From Verrucomicrobiota bacterium (GTDB lineage: Bacteria > Verrucomicrobiota > Verrucomicrobiia > Opitutales > Seribacteraceae), in contig JAQBYT010000052.1 in NCBI GenBank assembly GCA_027622665.1, forward strand, positions 1 to 21,991: a DNA stretch of 21,991 nucleotides, written 5' to 3'. A program made the translations under genes and the position numbers. This document shows positions 1-10,290 of the stretch, one piece after another (the first letter of the stretch is position 1; the number at the start of each line of letters is the position of its first letter). Below the pieces are notes generated by a model. The model was not told the origin of the DNA and made no database searches. It saw nothing but the letters and a program-made list of their open reading frames with translations.

Positions 1-3000
1 ATGCGGGTTACAACTTCGTGGGATGGATGAGATTGCAGGATTACAACGATATCATTGATGCTCAGATAGCCGATGGGCATAGTGATTCCAACTGGTCAAC
101 CGCCTTGAGGGCAGATTCCGACAAGTTTCTATACAAGGGATTAAATCCTGATTCTACTACTCTTGACAAGAATATGTCGGATGGAGACGTCGACTCTGAC
201 TTCAAGTTTCGAGTGGTTGCTTTGTTCGAGCCTAAGAAATGGAGTCTCGTGGATATAAACAATTCGAAATCAATTCGTGGTGCCATTGGTGAAGACGTTC
301 CTGCCGTCATTACGGTGGTTCCGAACAAGGCCCCTAGCTCGGATGGGCGTTATTACGACGGGACCAAGGTCGACATAACCATCCGCCCTGACAAATCCTA
401 CCAGTTCCTGGGATTCGAGGGGGTTGACTGGATCGCTTCTCCTGGAGAAGACAGCGAAGGGCTTTACTATATCTTAAAGCCCACCATGACTCAGGATTAT
501 ACCCCTGTCTTCGTATTCTCTCTTCGAGATTTCAGGATGGAACAACTGGTTCAGTTCGGCGCTGAAGGGGCTATCAAGACTACCACTCGTCACGCCTTGG
601 GGGACGTGGTGCAGATTGAACTGGGAGATGAAAGCGGATATGCTTTTGATGGTTGGAAGTTGGAGAAATACTCCCGCTTGACCGGAAGATTGGAGTATCC
701 ACCGATTTGGGATAAGAACGGCACCCCGGCGCGTTTGGAAATTGCTTCTTCCGGAGAAGCTGCTGTCGTCGAATCCAATGCCAGTTTGGAAAACAACTCC
801 ACCATAGTCATTAGTGGAATTCGCGACGACTACTTGTTGACCACAATCTATAAAAGAAAAGCCGTTGTAGTAAGTACCAACATCGAAGGCAATGGATCGA
901 TCGAGCCGAACACCGCCGACCGAACCTACACGGTAGGGGACACCCTGCAACTTATTGCAAACCCCGCTCCGGGCTTCCGGTTCGTTGTATGGAAGGACGA
1001 TCAGAACAATTCTCTGAGTTCTCATTCTCAATTTGATTTTCCTCCAATGGCTTCAGATCAAAATATTACCGCTATTTTTATTCCTGAAGAATATGCTGTA
1101 ACAAGTTCTTCTTTGTTGCCTCCCGGTTTTGAATTTAATTCAAATGCTCTTAGGCACCCGGATACCAACAAAAGCGAGTTGATCTCGGATGGGCCTTACT
1201 TCTATGGAGAAAAAGTAACCGTCAGTAGCTTTAAAGCTCCCCCGGGTTGGATAAACAGGGGGGGCTATTCCATATATGACGACAATGGTCAGACTATTTC
1301 TTATTCCGATAACAATAACTCTGGTACTCTCAGTTTCGTGATTAAGTCCAATGTTGCTATTCGGGCAAAACTAGACCCGGATCTTGCAGATACTGATGGT
1401 GACGGCCTTACTAATCATCAAGAGTTCGAGATTTGGGGACCTGCTCCAAATGACGTCAGTCTCGCGATTCTAGCAGGAGATTCTGATAAAGATGGTTTTA
1501 TTGATGGTTGGGAGGTGACATACGGTTTCGACCCTAAGGTGGACGGCGACCCCGTCCCCGGAGATGATCTTGATGGCGACGGGCTTAGTAATCTTCAAGA
1601 ATCCCTTTTGGATACAAATGCCACGAACAAGGACACCGATGAGGATGGTTTTACCGACTCCTATGAAGTGAATGACCTAAGAGAATGGAGTCCTGTAGAT
1701 CGGAACTATACAATTGAAGTGTCAAAGGCTTCCTTGGTGCCATTGACCGGGATTATTACTTCAGATGAAATGGGTACAGTGAAGCTCGGGCTTGTCGGTA
1801 CGCGTTTCGAGGGAATGCAAACTGCGGATGAGAATGAGATTCTTCAAATCTATGCTGAAGCCAACCCGGATTATGATTTTTTGAAATGGACTTTGACGTG
1901 GGATCCGAATGCATCTCAAAAGGTGAGTGCTCAGTTGGCTGACCTCAACAAGACCTATTCCACATTGAACCCTCTTCCCATTGAGGTGCATGCAGATATG
2001 CAAGTGTCTGCGGTATTTGTCCCCAAGGGTAGTTTCTATACGGTCAACCTCTCCGTCGCACCTAGCCCCGACGGGGTACTAGGCACCGTTGGGGTTCTTC
2101 CTGATGACGGAATCTACTTGGCTGGCGCACAGGTTACCATTGAAGCGCTGCCGATTGACAAATATATTTTCGGAGGATGGAAAGGTGACTTGAATAGTAC
2201 GGCAAACCCTCTTGAATTGAGTTTGGATCGTTCGCTCTCCCTTGTCGCCTCTTTTTATCGAGAGGGGTCGAATTTCGAGGTCAAAGGGTTGATTTCTTCA
2301 ATCGACATCGGGTCCAGTCCTACTGTTGATTACGCGACACCCGGATTCATCGAAGGAAACGGATTCGCTGCTCCAAATGATGTGAGAACTTTGAGGGCGA
2401 AACCATATCCGGGTTACCTGTTCTCTAATTGGGAAGGAGACGACGATTTTCTTGGCCAAGATGAGAACGTTACCATTACCGTGACAAGGCCGTATACACC
2501 TACGGCAGTTTTCACCAAAGACAGCAACGATTCAGATGGCGATGGCATAGACAATCATACCGAGATAGTCTTGCTTAAGACAAATCCCCTCATTGCCGAT
2601 ACGGATGGAGACGGCATGAACGATAGTTACGAGATCTCTAATGGTCTTGATCCTCTTAGTAGTGACTTAGTTTTAATCAGTTTGATAAAGACCCAACCGG
2701 TCGCCTTCGATATTCGTCTATATGATCAGAGCGAAGTAACCCTCGCTTACTTGTCGGGTTTCAACGATGGTAAGGCGTCGGGTTTCAACGATGGGCACGC
2801 GTCGGCACTTGAGCTTTGGAGTGACTTCAATGCGACTCATGTAAATGAGCGCAACGATCTGTATCGGTTCATTGGAGGTCCTTCGGTTCCCAACCAGACG
2901 GGGTTGGGTTGGTTTTACACAGAGCAACACGGTTGGGCGTGGTTGCAACCGAGCAGTCCCGGCTGGATTTATCTTCACAATGGCTACCAATTCTCCAATG

Positions 3001-3254
3001 ATTTTGATGAAACAACCGTAACTCTAAATTGGCTCAACCTTAATCCTGCCCAGCAATACTTTGAAAAGACCAAAGTGGTCGAGCCAAGTTATCCATTCAG
3101 CATAGAACAGTTTTTCTGGCTTCAGGGACAGAATCCCCTTCAAGACGCGCATTATCCGCGTAATCCAACAATCACGGATTCGGGAAATAATTCCAATGTC
3201 GGCGCTGGGTCACAGACGGGTTCGAGTAGCGTAGGTGATCCTTTCCGTAACTAA
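1..3254 (+). CDS. Large surface/secreted repeat protein (InlB B-repeat/Flg_new-like beta modules plus DxDxDG Ca-binding TSP3-like repeats); 5'-truncated by the window edge
   Basis: The frame is open upstream of 18 (bases 3-26 read AGYNFVGW, itself a repeat motif). It has recurrent 'A.P.PG(Y/F).F..W' modules (ANPAPGFRFVVW, ANPDYDFLKW, AKPYPGYLFSNW) and many DTDGDG/DSDKDG/DLDGDG motifs, and ends in a Trp/Gly-rich segment. Confidence 0.8.
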   Translation, partial: AGYNFVGWMRLQDYNDIIDAQIADGHSDSNWSTALRADSDKFLYKGLNPDSTTLDKNMSDGDVDSDFKFRVVALFEPKKWSLVDINNSKSIRGAIGEDVPAVITVVPNKAPSSDGRYYDGTKVDITIRPDKSYQFLGFEGVDWIASPGEDSEGLYYILKPTMTQDYTPVFVFSLRDFRMEQLVQFGAEGAIKTTTRHALGDVVQIELGDESGYAFDGWKLEKYSRLTGRLEYPPIWDKNGTPARLEIASSGEAAVVESNASLENNSTIVISGIRDDYLLTTIYKRKAVVVSTNIEGNGSIEPNTADRTYTVGDTLQLIANPAPGFRFVVWKDDQNNSLSSHSQFDFPPMASDQNITAIFIPEEYAVTSSSLLPPGFEFNSNALRHPDTNKSELISDGPYFYGEKVTVSSFKAPPGWINRGGYSIYDDNGQTISYSDNNNSGTLSFVIKSNVAIRAKLDPDLADTDGDGLTNHQEFEIWGPAPNDVSLAILAGDSDKDGFIDGWEVTYGFDPKVDGDPVPGDDLDGDGLSNLQESLLDTNATNKDTDEDGFTDSYEVNDLREWSPVDRNYTIEVSKASLVPLTGIITSDEMGTVKLGLVGTRFEGMQTADENEILQIYAEANPDYDFLKWTLTWDPNASQKVSAQLADLNKTYSTLNPLPIEVHADMQVSAVFVPKGSFYTVNLSVAPSPDGVLGTVGVLPDDGIYLAGAQVTIEALPIDKYIFGGWKGDLNSTANPLELSLDRSLSLVASFYREGSNFEVKGLISSIDIGSSPTVDYATPGFIEGNGFAAPNDVRTLRAKPYPGYLFSNWEGDDDFLGQDENVTITVTRPYTPTAVFTKDSNDSDGDGIDNHTEIVLLKTNPLIADTDGDGMNDSYEISNGLDPLSSDLVLISLIKTQPVAFDIRLYDQSEVTLAYLSGFNDGKASGFNDGHASALELWSDFNATHVNERNDLYRFIGGPSVPNQTGLGWFYTEQHGWAWLQPSSPGWIYLHNGYQFSNDFDETTVTLNWLNLNPAQQYFEKTKVVEPSYPFSIEQFFWLQGQNPLQDAHYPRNPTITDSGNNSNVGAGSQTGSSSVGDPFRN
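2753..2805 (+). repeat. 24-bp intragenic tandem repeat (about 2.2 copies) encoding SGFNDGKA/SGFNDGHA
   Basis: gtcgggtttcaacgatgg occurs exactly at 2753-2770 and 2777-2794, with a partial third unit ending at 2805. Confidence 0.85.
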
Positions 3255-3260
3255 CCATTG

Positions 3261-4358
3261 ATGGAAATCTGGTTCTGGTTGAAGAGCATTCTTTTGTGCT
3301 TGCTGTTGGGGTTTTTGACTCTTCCGCTTTTGGGTCAGTATTCGCTTGAGTCTGATTCCTTATACCTGGATGAATACGAAGTCTCCGCTAGTGCAATACC
3401 TCCTTTCTATCAGAGTCTTGAAGAAAAAAACTATTATCATTCCCGGCAAATTCATGGGATGAAGAAGGATCTGAACTCCCATTCCAGAAACCTGCAAGAC
3501 TTGAGGGCTAGATTCAATCAAGTATTCTATGGGCGAGCCGGATTGGATGCGAACGGGGACCCATTTCGTATTGGTGATGAACCCAAGATGCCTTCCTACG
3601 AAGAGTTGAAACCGAAGGTCGTTTACATACCACCTGCGACTTCTAACCCTACTTTGTTTCTTGAAAGTTCCGGTTCGACGGTAGGGTCTGTTTCCATTGA
3701 TACTCAACCATCACCGCCCCTTCCCGCCGAAGACATGCTAGCCTTTTCGGTAGAGGCGCCAGGTGATTATTTTGGCCCTGACGGAAATCCTGTTTCCATT
3801 CCCACCGATTCGGGAGTCATTTCCGAAGCACGGCCACCTCTAGCGTTTAGCTATTATATTATGCCGCGAGCTGGAGTATCGGTCACTTCTCAAATTCACA
3901 AAGATCCAACCCTCTACCGACGATACGATCCTGGATTTAGCGCTAGTTTGTCTGGAGGTGTCAGGGTTGATCGTTGGCGAATTGGTTTGATGGCACTTCA
4001 TCAACGTAATCGCCTTCATTCAACTTCTTGGATTGGTCCGCGGTCTCAATTGAAGGGCGATACCGAAACCAATGCGTTACTTGCCGACTTCTCTTACGGA
4101 ATTCCTGTTTTTACTTCGTTTTCTTTGAATTTCAATGGAGGTTTGGGGTATCGCAAAACAACCTCCTCAGCTGATTGGGTGATTGCGGGATCTCCTGATA
4201 GCATAAATAAAGTTGACCAGAGTTTCGTTTGGTCTGCAGGGGTCGGACTCGACTGGAGTTTTTCCGAACAGGTTTCTTTGCTATTGGCTTATCGTTATTT
4301 TGCTGAGGATACTGTCCCTACGCACAACGCTGATCTCGGTCTCGAGTTCGACTTTTAG
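3261..4358 (+). CDS. Outer-membrane beta-barrel protein (OmpA/opacity-porin-like small barrel) with a long N-terminal extension
   Basis: Hydrophobic N-terminal signal-like segment. The C-terminal ~170 aa has alternating amphipathic strands (GGLGYRK, WSAGVGLDW, LAYRYF) and ends in GLEFDF, a terminal-Phe BAM signal. ATG at 3261 preferred over TTG at 3258. Confidence 0.75.
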   Translation: MEIWFWLKSILLCLLLGFLTLPLLGQYSLESDSLYLDEYEVSASAIPPFYQSLEEKNYYHSRQIHGMKKDLNSHSRNLQDLRARFNQVFYGRAGLDANGDPFRIGDEPKMPSYEELKPKVVYIPPATSNPTLFLESSGSTVGSVSIDTQPSPPLPAEDMLAFSVEAPGDYFGPDGNPVSIPTDSGVISEARPPLAFSYYIMPRAGVSVTSQIHKDPTLYRRYDPGFSASLSGGVRVDRWRIGLMALHQRNRLHSTSWIGPRSQLKGDTETNALLADFSYGIPVFTSFSLNFNGGLGYRKTTSSADWVIAGSPDSINKVDQSFVWSAGVGLDWSFSEQVSLLLAYRYFAEDTVPTHNADLGLEFDF

Positions 4359-4366
4359 GTGTCTTC

Positions 4367-5044
4367 TTGAGCGAAGGCGGCAAAATTGTCCCCGCCTCTT
4401 CCCTGCTGGCGCATGGATTCCTTTTGCGGCTGGCATTGTCTCCACTTGGTTTGCTGTATCGGATATGGCTTTTAACCTTGAGAATGGAGACTGTTTCATC
4501 GGATGAAGACTCGGATCTTCACGACGTATCCGAGCCCACCATAATCGTACTTTGGCACAATCGCCTTTTTGGTGTGGGCGAATGCATACGCAGGTATCGG
4601 AAAGCTAGGACTTGCTACGGTTTGATTAGCGGTAGTCGAGATGGTGCCTGGTTGGAGAGCTTTTATCGCTGGTCGGGGTTGCGGGCCGTGCGCGGTTCGC
4701 GCAACAAGCGTGGAGCAGGCGCATTACGGGATCTCGCTCGCCTGTTGCGCTCAGGCTGCGACGTCGGCATCACTCCGGACGGCTCTAGGGGACCTTGCTA
4801 CGAAGCCAAGCCCGGAGCCTTGTTGCTGGCCAAGGTGTCGAAGTCGCCGATTCTTCTTTTGTCTTTTGAGTTCGGTTCGGCATGGAGGCTGAATTCATGG
4901 GACGGATTTTATATTCCCAAACCCTTCTCCAAGTTGATTGTGCGAGGCAAGAAAATCGCCGCCGAGGAACTTTTCGCCGAGCATACTCCCGAAGAGGCGG
5001 CAAAGGTGGTGGAGGAAGAATTGATGAAACTAACCAAAGACTAA
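4367..5044 (+). CDS. Lysophospholipid acyltransferase-family protein (DUF374-like)
   Basis: Motifs LWHNRL, ISGSRDG, VRGS..RG..AL, ITPDGSRGP and SWDGFYIPKPFS are typical of the family. Start codon uncertain (TTG). Confidence 0.8.
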   Translation: MSEGGKIVPASSLLAHGFLLRLALSPLGLLYRIWLLTLRMETVSSDEDSDLHDVSEPTIIVLWHNRLFGVGECIRRYRKARTCYGLISGSRDGAWLESFYRWSGLRAVRGSRNKRGAGALRDLARLLRSGCDVGITPDGSRGPCYEAKPGALLLAKVSKSPILLLSFEFGSAWRLNSWDGFYIPKPFSKLIVRGKKIAAEELFAEHTPEEAAKVVEEELMKLTKD

Positions 5045-5195
5045 GGTCTTTTTAGGAATCTCTTTTCCCCGCTTTTCTTTCGTTAATAGGAATTGGAGGG
5101 TTTTCCTTAATCCCGATTTTTCTCCTCACTTTGCTGAATCGCCTTGCGGGAGCGAGCTGAAGACGATTCCCTCCGCAGGTTTTGCATTACAAGTA

Positions 5196-5936
5196 ATGGA
5201 ACCTGTTATAGAAACGAGGAAACTGACCAAGCGATACGATGGGATCGTTGCGGTCGACGAGTTGGATCTAATGGTAGGGAAGGGGAGCGTAACTGCTTTG
5301 CTGGGTGGAAACGGCGCTGGCAAAACCACTACGCTTTCTATGCTTCTCGGTTTGCTAACTCCCAGCTCGGGCGAAATTTTTATATTTGGGGAGGATTTTC
5401 TGGGCAATCGTTTCCGTGCGCTCTCTCGCATGAATTTTTCCTCTCCATACGTTGATTTGCCACAACGGCTAACGGTCAGGCAAAACCTGAATGTCTATGC
5501 CAAACTGTACGGCTTCAGGAATGTTGCGCCCGTAGTGGATAGACTGGCTCGAGATTTCGACCTGACTGATTTCTTGGACCGTCGGTTGCGTCGATTGTCG
5601 TCCGGTCAGAAAACTCGCGTTTCGTTGGCCAAGGCATTCGTCAACGAACCGGACCTGTTGCTGCTCGACGAACCCACGGCTAGTCTAGATCCTGAGACCG
5701 CTTCCTGGATTCGCGATTTCCTTAAGTCATATTGTAAAGAACGCGGCGCTACCATCCTTCTGGCGAGTCACGATATGCGGGAGGTGGAGCTTATCTGCGA
5801 CGACGTGTTACTTTTGCGTCGCGGGAAACTGGTGGAGCGTGGGTCACCCGTGGATTTACTCAAGCGTTTCGGGCGAAAAACTCTTGATGACGTCTTTCTC
5901 GACGTCGCCCGAGGTCAAAATGGTGAAGCCGCATGA
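5196..5936 (+). CDS. ABC transporter ATP-binding protein (exporter type)
   Basis: Walker A GGNGAGKTT, signature LSSGQ, Walker B LLLLDEPT, H-loop SHD. Confidence 0.95.
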   Translation: MEPVIETRKLTKRYDGIVAVDELDLMVGKGSVTALLGGNGAGKTTTLSMLLGLLTPSSGEIFIFGEDFLGNRFRALSRMNFSSPYVDLPQRLTVRQNLNVYAKLYGFRNVAPVVDRLARDFDLTDFLDRRLRRLSSGQKTRVSLAKAFVNEPDLLLLDEPTASLDPETASWIRDFLKSYCKERGATILLASHDMREVELICDDVLLLRRGKLVERGSPVDLLKRFGRKTLDDVFLDVARGQNGEAA

Positions 5937-6739
5937 ACATGCCCGAGCACACCAGTCTGCGGCGTATTTCCGCCCTGCTTTTGCGTTACCTTTATCTATT
6001 GCGGAGTTCTTGGCCGCGAATCATCGAAATCGCATACTGGCCGACGATGCAGTTGATAATCTGGGGGTTCGTCACCAAGTACTTCGCCGATGTTCGGCCG
6101 GAGCTTTCGGCTGCGGGAGTCCTTATCTCGGCAGTGCTGATCTGGGATTCGCTCTTTCGTTCTCACGTTAGCTACACCCTGTCCTTTTTGGAGGAACTGT
6201 GGTCTCGTAATCTGGCCAACCTTTTTGTCACACCCCTTCGCCCATGGGAGCTTATAGCCAGTCTGGCCTCAATCAGCATGCTCCGCACTCTCATCGGGAT
6301 TGTACCCGCCGCGCTTTTGGCGATTCCCTTCTTTGGCGTTTCCGTCTTCGACATGGGCTTTCCCCTTTTGGCCTTCTTCATGAATCTTGTCCTGTGCGGT
6401 TGGGCCATCTCACTAGTGGTTACGGGCATTCTCATCCGTTATGGTTTGGGTGCGGAAAGCCTGACCTGGGTTCTTCCCTTTCTGATCGCTCCCGTTTCCT
6501 GTATCTACTATCCGATCGAGACCTTGCCGCCATGGTTGCAGACCATAGCAAGTGGTATTTCAACTTCCTACGTATTCGAAGGCATGCGCTCTCTTTTGTT
6601 ACAGGGTGAGCTGAGATTAGACCTTCTCGTATGGGCGTTTTCGCTGAATCTGGTTTACCTTGCCATAGGCTACACTTGTTTCATGGTGGCTTTTCGCTCC
6701 GCTCGTAAGCATGGACTGCTTCTCCAGGTGGGCGAATAG
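5933..6739 (+). CDS. ABC-2 type transporter permease
   Basis: About 6 hydrophobic segments and a YYPIETLPPWLQ motif. ATGA overlap with the ATPase stop. Confidence 0.9.
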   Translation: MNMPEHTSLRRISALLLRYLYLLRSSWPRIIEIAYWPTMQLIIWGFVTKYFADVRPELSAAGVLISAVLIWDSLFRSHVSYTLSFLEELWSRNLANLFVTPLRPWELIASLASISMLRTLIGIVPAALLAIPFFGVSVFDMGFPLLAFFMNLVLCGWAISLVVTGILIRYGLGAESLTWVLPFLIAPVSCIYYPIETLPPWLQTIASGISTSYVFEGMRSLLLQGELRLDLLVWAFSLNLVYLAIGYTCFMVAFRSARKHGLLLQVGE

Positions 6740-6800
6740 AATAACCTTTGTTCGTTGCCACTTTCTCTAAATTCCACTTTTAAGGAGGATTTTCTAAATT

Positions 6801-8024
6801 ATGGCTAAAATCAATTCAAACTACGATAAATTGTCCGCAGGTTATCTTTTTCCTGAGATCGCCCGTCGCACAAAAAACTTCCTCGGAGCGAATCCCGGAG
6901 TCGAAGTCATGCGACTCGGCATCGGGGACACCACCGAACCGATCGTGCCGGCCGTCATTGAAGGCTTGCATCGAGGCGTACAAAACTTGTCTTCCGCCGA
7001 CACTTACTCGGGTTACGGGGCTTCCGAGGGCATAAACCCACTCAGGGAAGGCATCGCAGCTCTTTATCGTGAGCAAAACGCTGAAGTGAATGCCGACGAA
7101 GTGTTCGTGAGCGACGGAGCTAAGTCCGATTCGGCAAACATCCAGAGCATCTTCTCCGAGGAAAACATCGTAGCTGTTCAGGATCCCGCCTATCCCGTTT
7201 ACGTCGACAGCAACGTCATTGCCGGGCGTGCAGGTGTTGCAGGAGACGCAGGTTACGACGGTCTTGTGTACATGCCTTGCTCCGAGGAAAACGATTTTTT
7301 TCCCTCGGTCCCGGAATCAAAGGTGGATCTAATCTATATTTGTAGTCCGAACAATCCCACGGGAGCCGTTGCTACGAGAGAGCAATTGAAGAGTTTCGTG
7401 GACTATGCTCGAGCCCACAAGGCAGTCATTCTGTACGATTCGGCTTACGCTTCTTTCATCACAGACCCCGCTCTCCCACGCAGCATTTTTGAAATCGAAG
7501 GAGCGAGGGAATGCTCCATTGAATTGAACAGTTTCTCTAAGACCGCAGGCTTTACCGGAGTCCGTTTGGCTTGGACAATTGTTCCCAAGGAATGTGTGGC
7601 GGAAGATGCTGCAGTCGGCAAAATTCATGCTCTTTGGACACGACGGCAAAACACTTTTTTTAATGGCGCGTCAAACGTCGTACAGCAAGGAGGTCTGGCT
7701 GTTCTTTCTCCCGAGGGTCGTCGACAAACTGGCGAACAAGTGGCCTTCTACCTGGAGAACGCTCGGATTGTCTCCGAAGGTCTCCGCTCGCTCGGTCTCG
7801 CCACCTATGGCGGCGGCAATGCCCCGTACGTGTGGATGAAGACTCCCGGAGAATTAACGTCTTGGGAGTTTTTCGATAAAATCCTAGGAGAATGCCATGT
7901 GGTCGGCACTCCGGGCTCTGGCTTTGGTCCATCCGGAGAAGGCTTTTTCCGGCTAAGCGCTTTTGGGCATCGCGAAAACATCGAGCAAGCGGTGGACAGC
8001 ATTCAGCAAAACTTGAAGCTGTAG
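6801..8024 (+). CDS. dapL: LL-diaminopimelate aminotransferase
   Basis: N-terminus NY.KL.AGYLFPEIARR, plus LGIGDTTEP, SDGAKSD, CSPNNPTG, PLP-lysine motif SFSKTAGFTGVR and TPGSGFGPSGEGFFRLSAFG. Strong RBS AAGGAGG upstream. Confidence 0.96.
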   Translation: MAKINSNYDKLSAGYLFPEIARRTKNFLGANPGVEVMRLGIGDTTEPIVPAVIEGLHRGVQNLSSADTYSGYGASEGINPLREGIAALYREQNAEVNADEVFVSDGAKSDSANIQSIFSEENIVAVQDPAYPVYVDSNVIAGRAGVAGDAGYDGLVYMPCSEENDFFPSVPESKVDLIYICSPNNPTGAVATREQLKSFVDYARAHKAVILYDSAYASFITDPALPRSIFEIEGARECSIELNSFSKTAGFTGVRLAWTIVPKECVAEDAAVGKIHALWTRRQNTFFNGASNVVQQGGLAVLSPEGRRQTGEQVAFYLENARIVSEGLRSLGLATYGGGNAPYVWMKTPGELTSWEFFDKILGECHVVGTPGSGFGPSGEGFFRLSAFGHRENIEQAVDSIQQNLKL

Positions 8025-8083
8025 CCTTTCCCAGGATGCGACCATCGGCGGTCTGAGGAAAGAAATCCCGATCGGCGCTGCTG

Positions 8084-8812
8084 TTAAACGTAGCTCTGAG
8101 AGGTAGGCTTTATTACGAGTTCGGGTATATGGGCTCGTGGGTGTAACCTTGCCAGCATCATCACCGCCTCGGCAATGTCTTGAGGTTGCAGGATTTCCGC
8201 GCGGTGTTCAGCGGAAGGTGGAACTGGTCGCTGGTCAAGAATCGGCGTATTGACCTCTCCGGGAAAGACATTGGTGATACGGATTCCGTTTTCGCGTTCC
8301 TCCTCGGCGACGCAGGAACCAAGGCCCGTCATGCCGAACTTAGAAGCGTTGTAGGCCACTCCGCCCAAGGGGTTTGATCGCTTGCCGGATACCGAGTTGA
8401 TCATGACTACTAGTCCGTACTTGCGTGGTCGCATCCGATCCAGAGCCATCCTGAGGCAGTCGTAAGCCCCCGTTAGGTTTACCTTAAGAACGGCATCCCA
8501 GTCATCAGGGGAAAGTTCCGCCATCGATCTCTTTGGCACGTTTATTCCCGCTGCGTTGACTAAAATATCCAAGTCGCCCGATTCTTCGTCAAACCAGGAG
8601 AATAATGCGTCCAAGCTTACCCGGTCGGAAACATCGACTGTACGAGTTTGAATTTCGATAACCGACAGTCCGGTAACTTCCTCCAATTTCTCAAGGCGAC
8701 GTCCCGCTATGGTCACTCGTGCTCCGGCCTCAGCTAAGGCCACTGCGACCGCTGCTCCCATTCCCGACCCACCGCCAATGACGAGGGCGTTTTTATCTTT
8801 CAGCATTTCCAT
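8084..8812 (-). CDS. Short-chain dehydrogenase/reductase (SDR)
   Basis: GGGSGMG Rossmann motif, VNAAG, catalytic YNASK. Start likely ATG at 8812 or 8806 rather than 8848. Confidence 0.92.
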   Translation of the reverse strand: MEMLKDKNALVIGGGSGMGAAVAVALAEAGARVTIAGRRLEKLEEVTGLSVIEIQTRTVDVSDRVSLDALFSWFDEESGDLDILVNAAGINVPKRSMAELSPDDWDAVLKVNLTGAYDCLRMALDRMRPRKYGLVVMINSVSGKRSNPLGGVAYNASKFGMTGLGSCVAEEERENGIRITNVFPGEVNTPILDQRPVPPSAEHRAEILQPQDIAEAVMMLARLHPRAHIPELVIKPTSQSYV

Positions 8813-8947
8813 ATTCGGAGGTATTGCCGTGGATTCTAATTTCCTCAATCATTATCTTTAAATTAAACGATATAAATCACTCGAATTTATGGAGTTGATT
8901 TACTTCTGTTGACCGATCAAGCGCTGTCGCCTAACTTTGATGATTAT

Positions 8948-10279
8948 ATGGAGTCTTTTGGTTATGTCGCCCGTGCTTTACTGGGTATTGTTGGGCTTCT
9001 GGGGATTGCCTATTGCCTAAGTTCCGATCGCCGCAGGATCAACTGGCGTGTCGTGATTGGCGGCTTGTCGCTTCAAATGATCATTGCAGTCGGCGTGCTT
9101 CAGGTCCCGTTCGTCGAGTCGTTCTTTGGGTGGGTCGCAGGTCTCTTTGCCGTGGCTCTCGATATTTCTGTCCAAGCGGCCGGTTTTGTTTTTGGAGCTC
9201 TTTCAGACCGCGAACAAATGGATGCGGCTTTTGGCGAAAACAGGGGCTTTGTCTTCGCTTTCATGGCGTTGCCAAGCATCCTGTTCTTTTCCGCGCTTTC
9301 CTCTTTGCTATACTACTTTGGAGTACTTCAGTTCATCGTGAAGATGATGGCATGGGTGATGAGTCGCGTTATGCACTTGTCCGGCGCTGAAAGTTTGGCG
9401 GCGGCGGCCAATGTCTTTGTCGGGCAAACGGAAGCTCCCTTGCTGGTTAAGCCGTACGTGGCCAAAATGACGCGCTCCGAATTGCTCGCCCTCATGGTGG
9501 GAGGCATGGCGACTATCGCAGGTTCCGTTTTTGCCATTTACATGGGTATGCTTGGCGGAAGCGATAAAGAATCGATGCTCGAATTCGGGAGGTTTCTCCT
9601 CTGTGCTTCGGTCATGAATGCTCCTGCGGCTTTGCTCATTGCTAAAGTTCTTCTTCCCGAAACGGAAAAAGTGAGTCGCGACCTTTCCGTTTCCCGGGAA
9701 AGTATTGGCAGAAACCCAATCGACGCACTGGCCAACGGGACTACCCAAGGGCTTCAGCTAGCCCTCAACGTCGCCGCCATGTTGATTGCTTTCTATGCAG
9801 TGATATTGTTGACTAACGAGATTCTTGCATGGTTCGGCAACATGTCGGGCCTGGGGACGGGAACCTTGAACGAATGGATTCATGATGCCAGTGGTCAACG
9901 GTTTGAAAACTTGAGCTTAGAGGCTGTTTTTGGTGTGCTCTTTGCTCCGTTAGCTTGGTTGATCGGCGTTAGCGCCGGCGAGATTCTCGAGGTGGGTCAA
10001 CTTATTGGAGTCAAGATCTTCGCAACTGAGTTCTTTGCTTACATGGAGCTTTCGGAAATGAAAGCTCACGGACTGAGTGAGCGTTCTGTGTTTCTTGCTA
10101 CTTTTGCTTTGTGCGGTTTTGCCAACTTCATGTCGATTGGGATTCAAATCGGCGGCATCGGCGCCCTCGCTCCCGAACGTCGATCTGATCTTGCCGGCCT
10201 TGGCGTAAAGGCCTTGACGGGAGGCACTCTGGCGAGCCTCCTGTCGGCAACGGTTGCCGGAATGTTCTTTTCTTCGTAA
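8948..10279 (+). CDS. NupC/NupG-family concentrative nucleoside transporter (CNT)
   Basis: Motifs INWRVVIGGL, FAFMALPSILFFSAL, GAESLAAAANVFVGQTEAPL, GGMATIAGSV and FALCGFANFMSIGIQIGGIG. ATG at 8948 preferred as start. Confidence 0.93.
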   Translation: MESFGYVARALLGIVGLLGIAYCLSSDRRRINWRVVIGGLSLQMIIAVGVLQVPFVESFFGWVAGLFAVALDISVQAAGFVFGALSDREQMDAAFGENRGFVFAFMALPSILFFSALSSLLYYFGVLQFIVKMMAWVMSRVMHLSGAESLAAAANVFVGQTEAPLLVKPYVAKMTRSELLALMVGGMATIAGSVFAIYMGMLGGSDKESMLEFGRFLLCASVMNAPAALLIAKVLLPETEKVSRDLSVSRESIGRNPIDALANGTTQGLQLALNVAAMLIAFYAVILLTNEILAWFGNMSGLGTGTLNEWIHDASGQRFENLSLEAVFGVLFAPLAWLIGVSAGEILEVGQLIGVKIFATEFFAYMELSEMKAHGLSERSVFLATFALCGFANFMSIGIQIGGIGALAPERRSDLAGLGVKALTGGTLASLLSATVAGMFFSS

Positions 10280-10290
10280 GATTACCATTA

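Noticed and set aside
8025..8083. Possible bidirectional terminator between convergent dapL and SDR
   Set aside because: Only an imperfect stem (CTTTCC...GGAAAG) with no clear U-tract.
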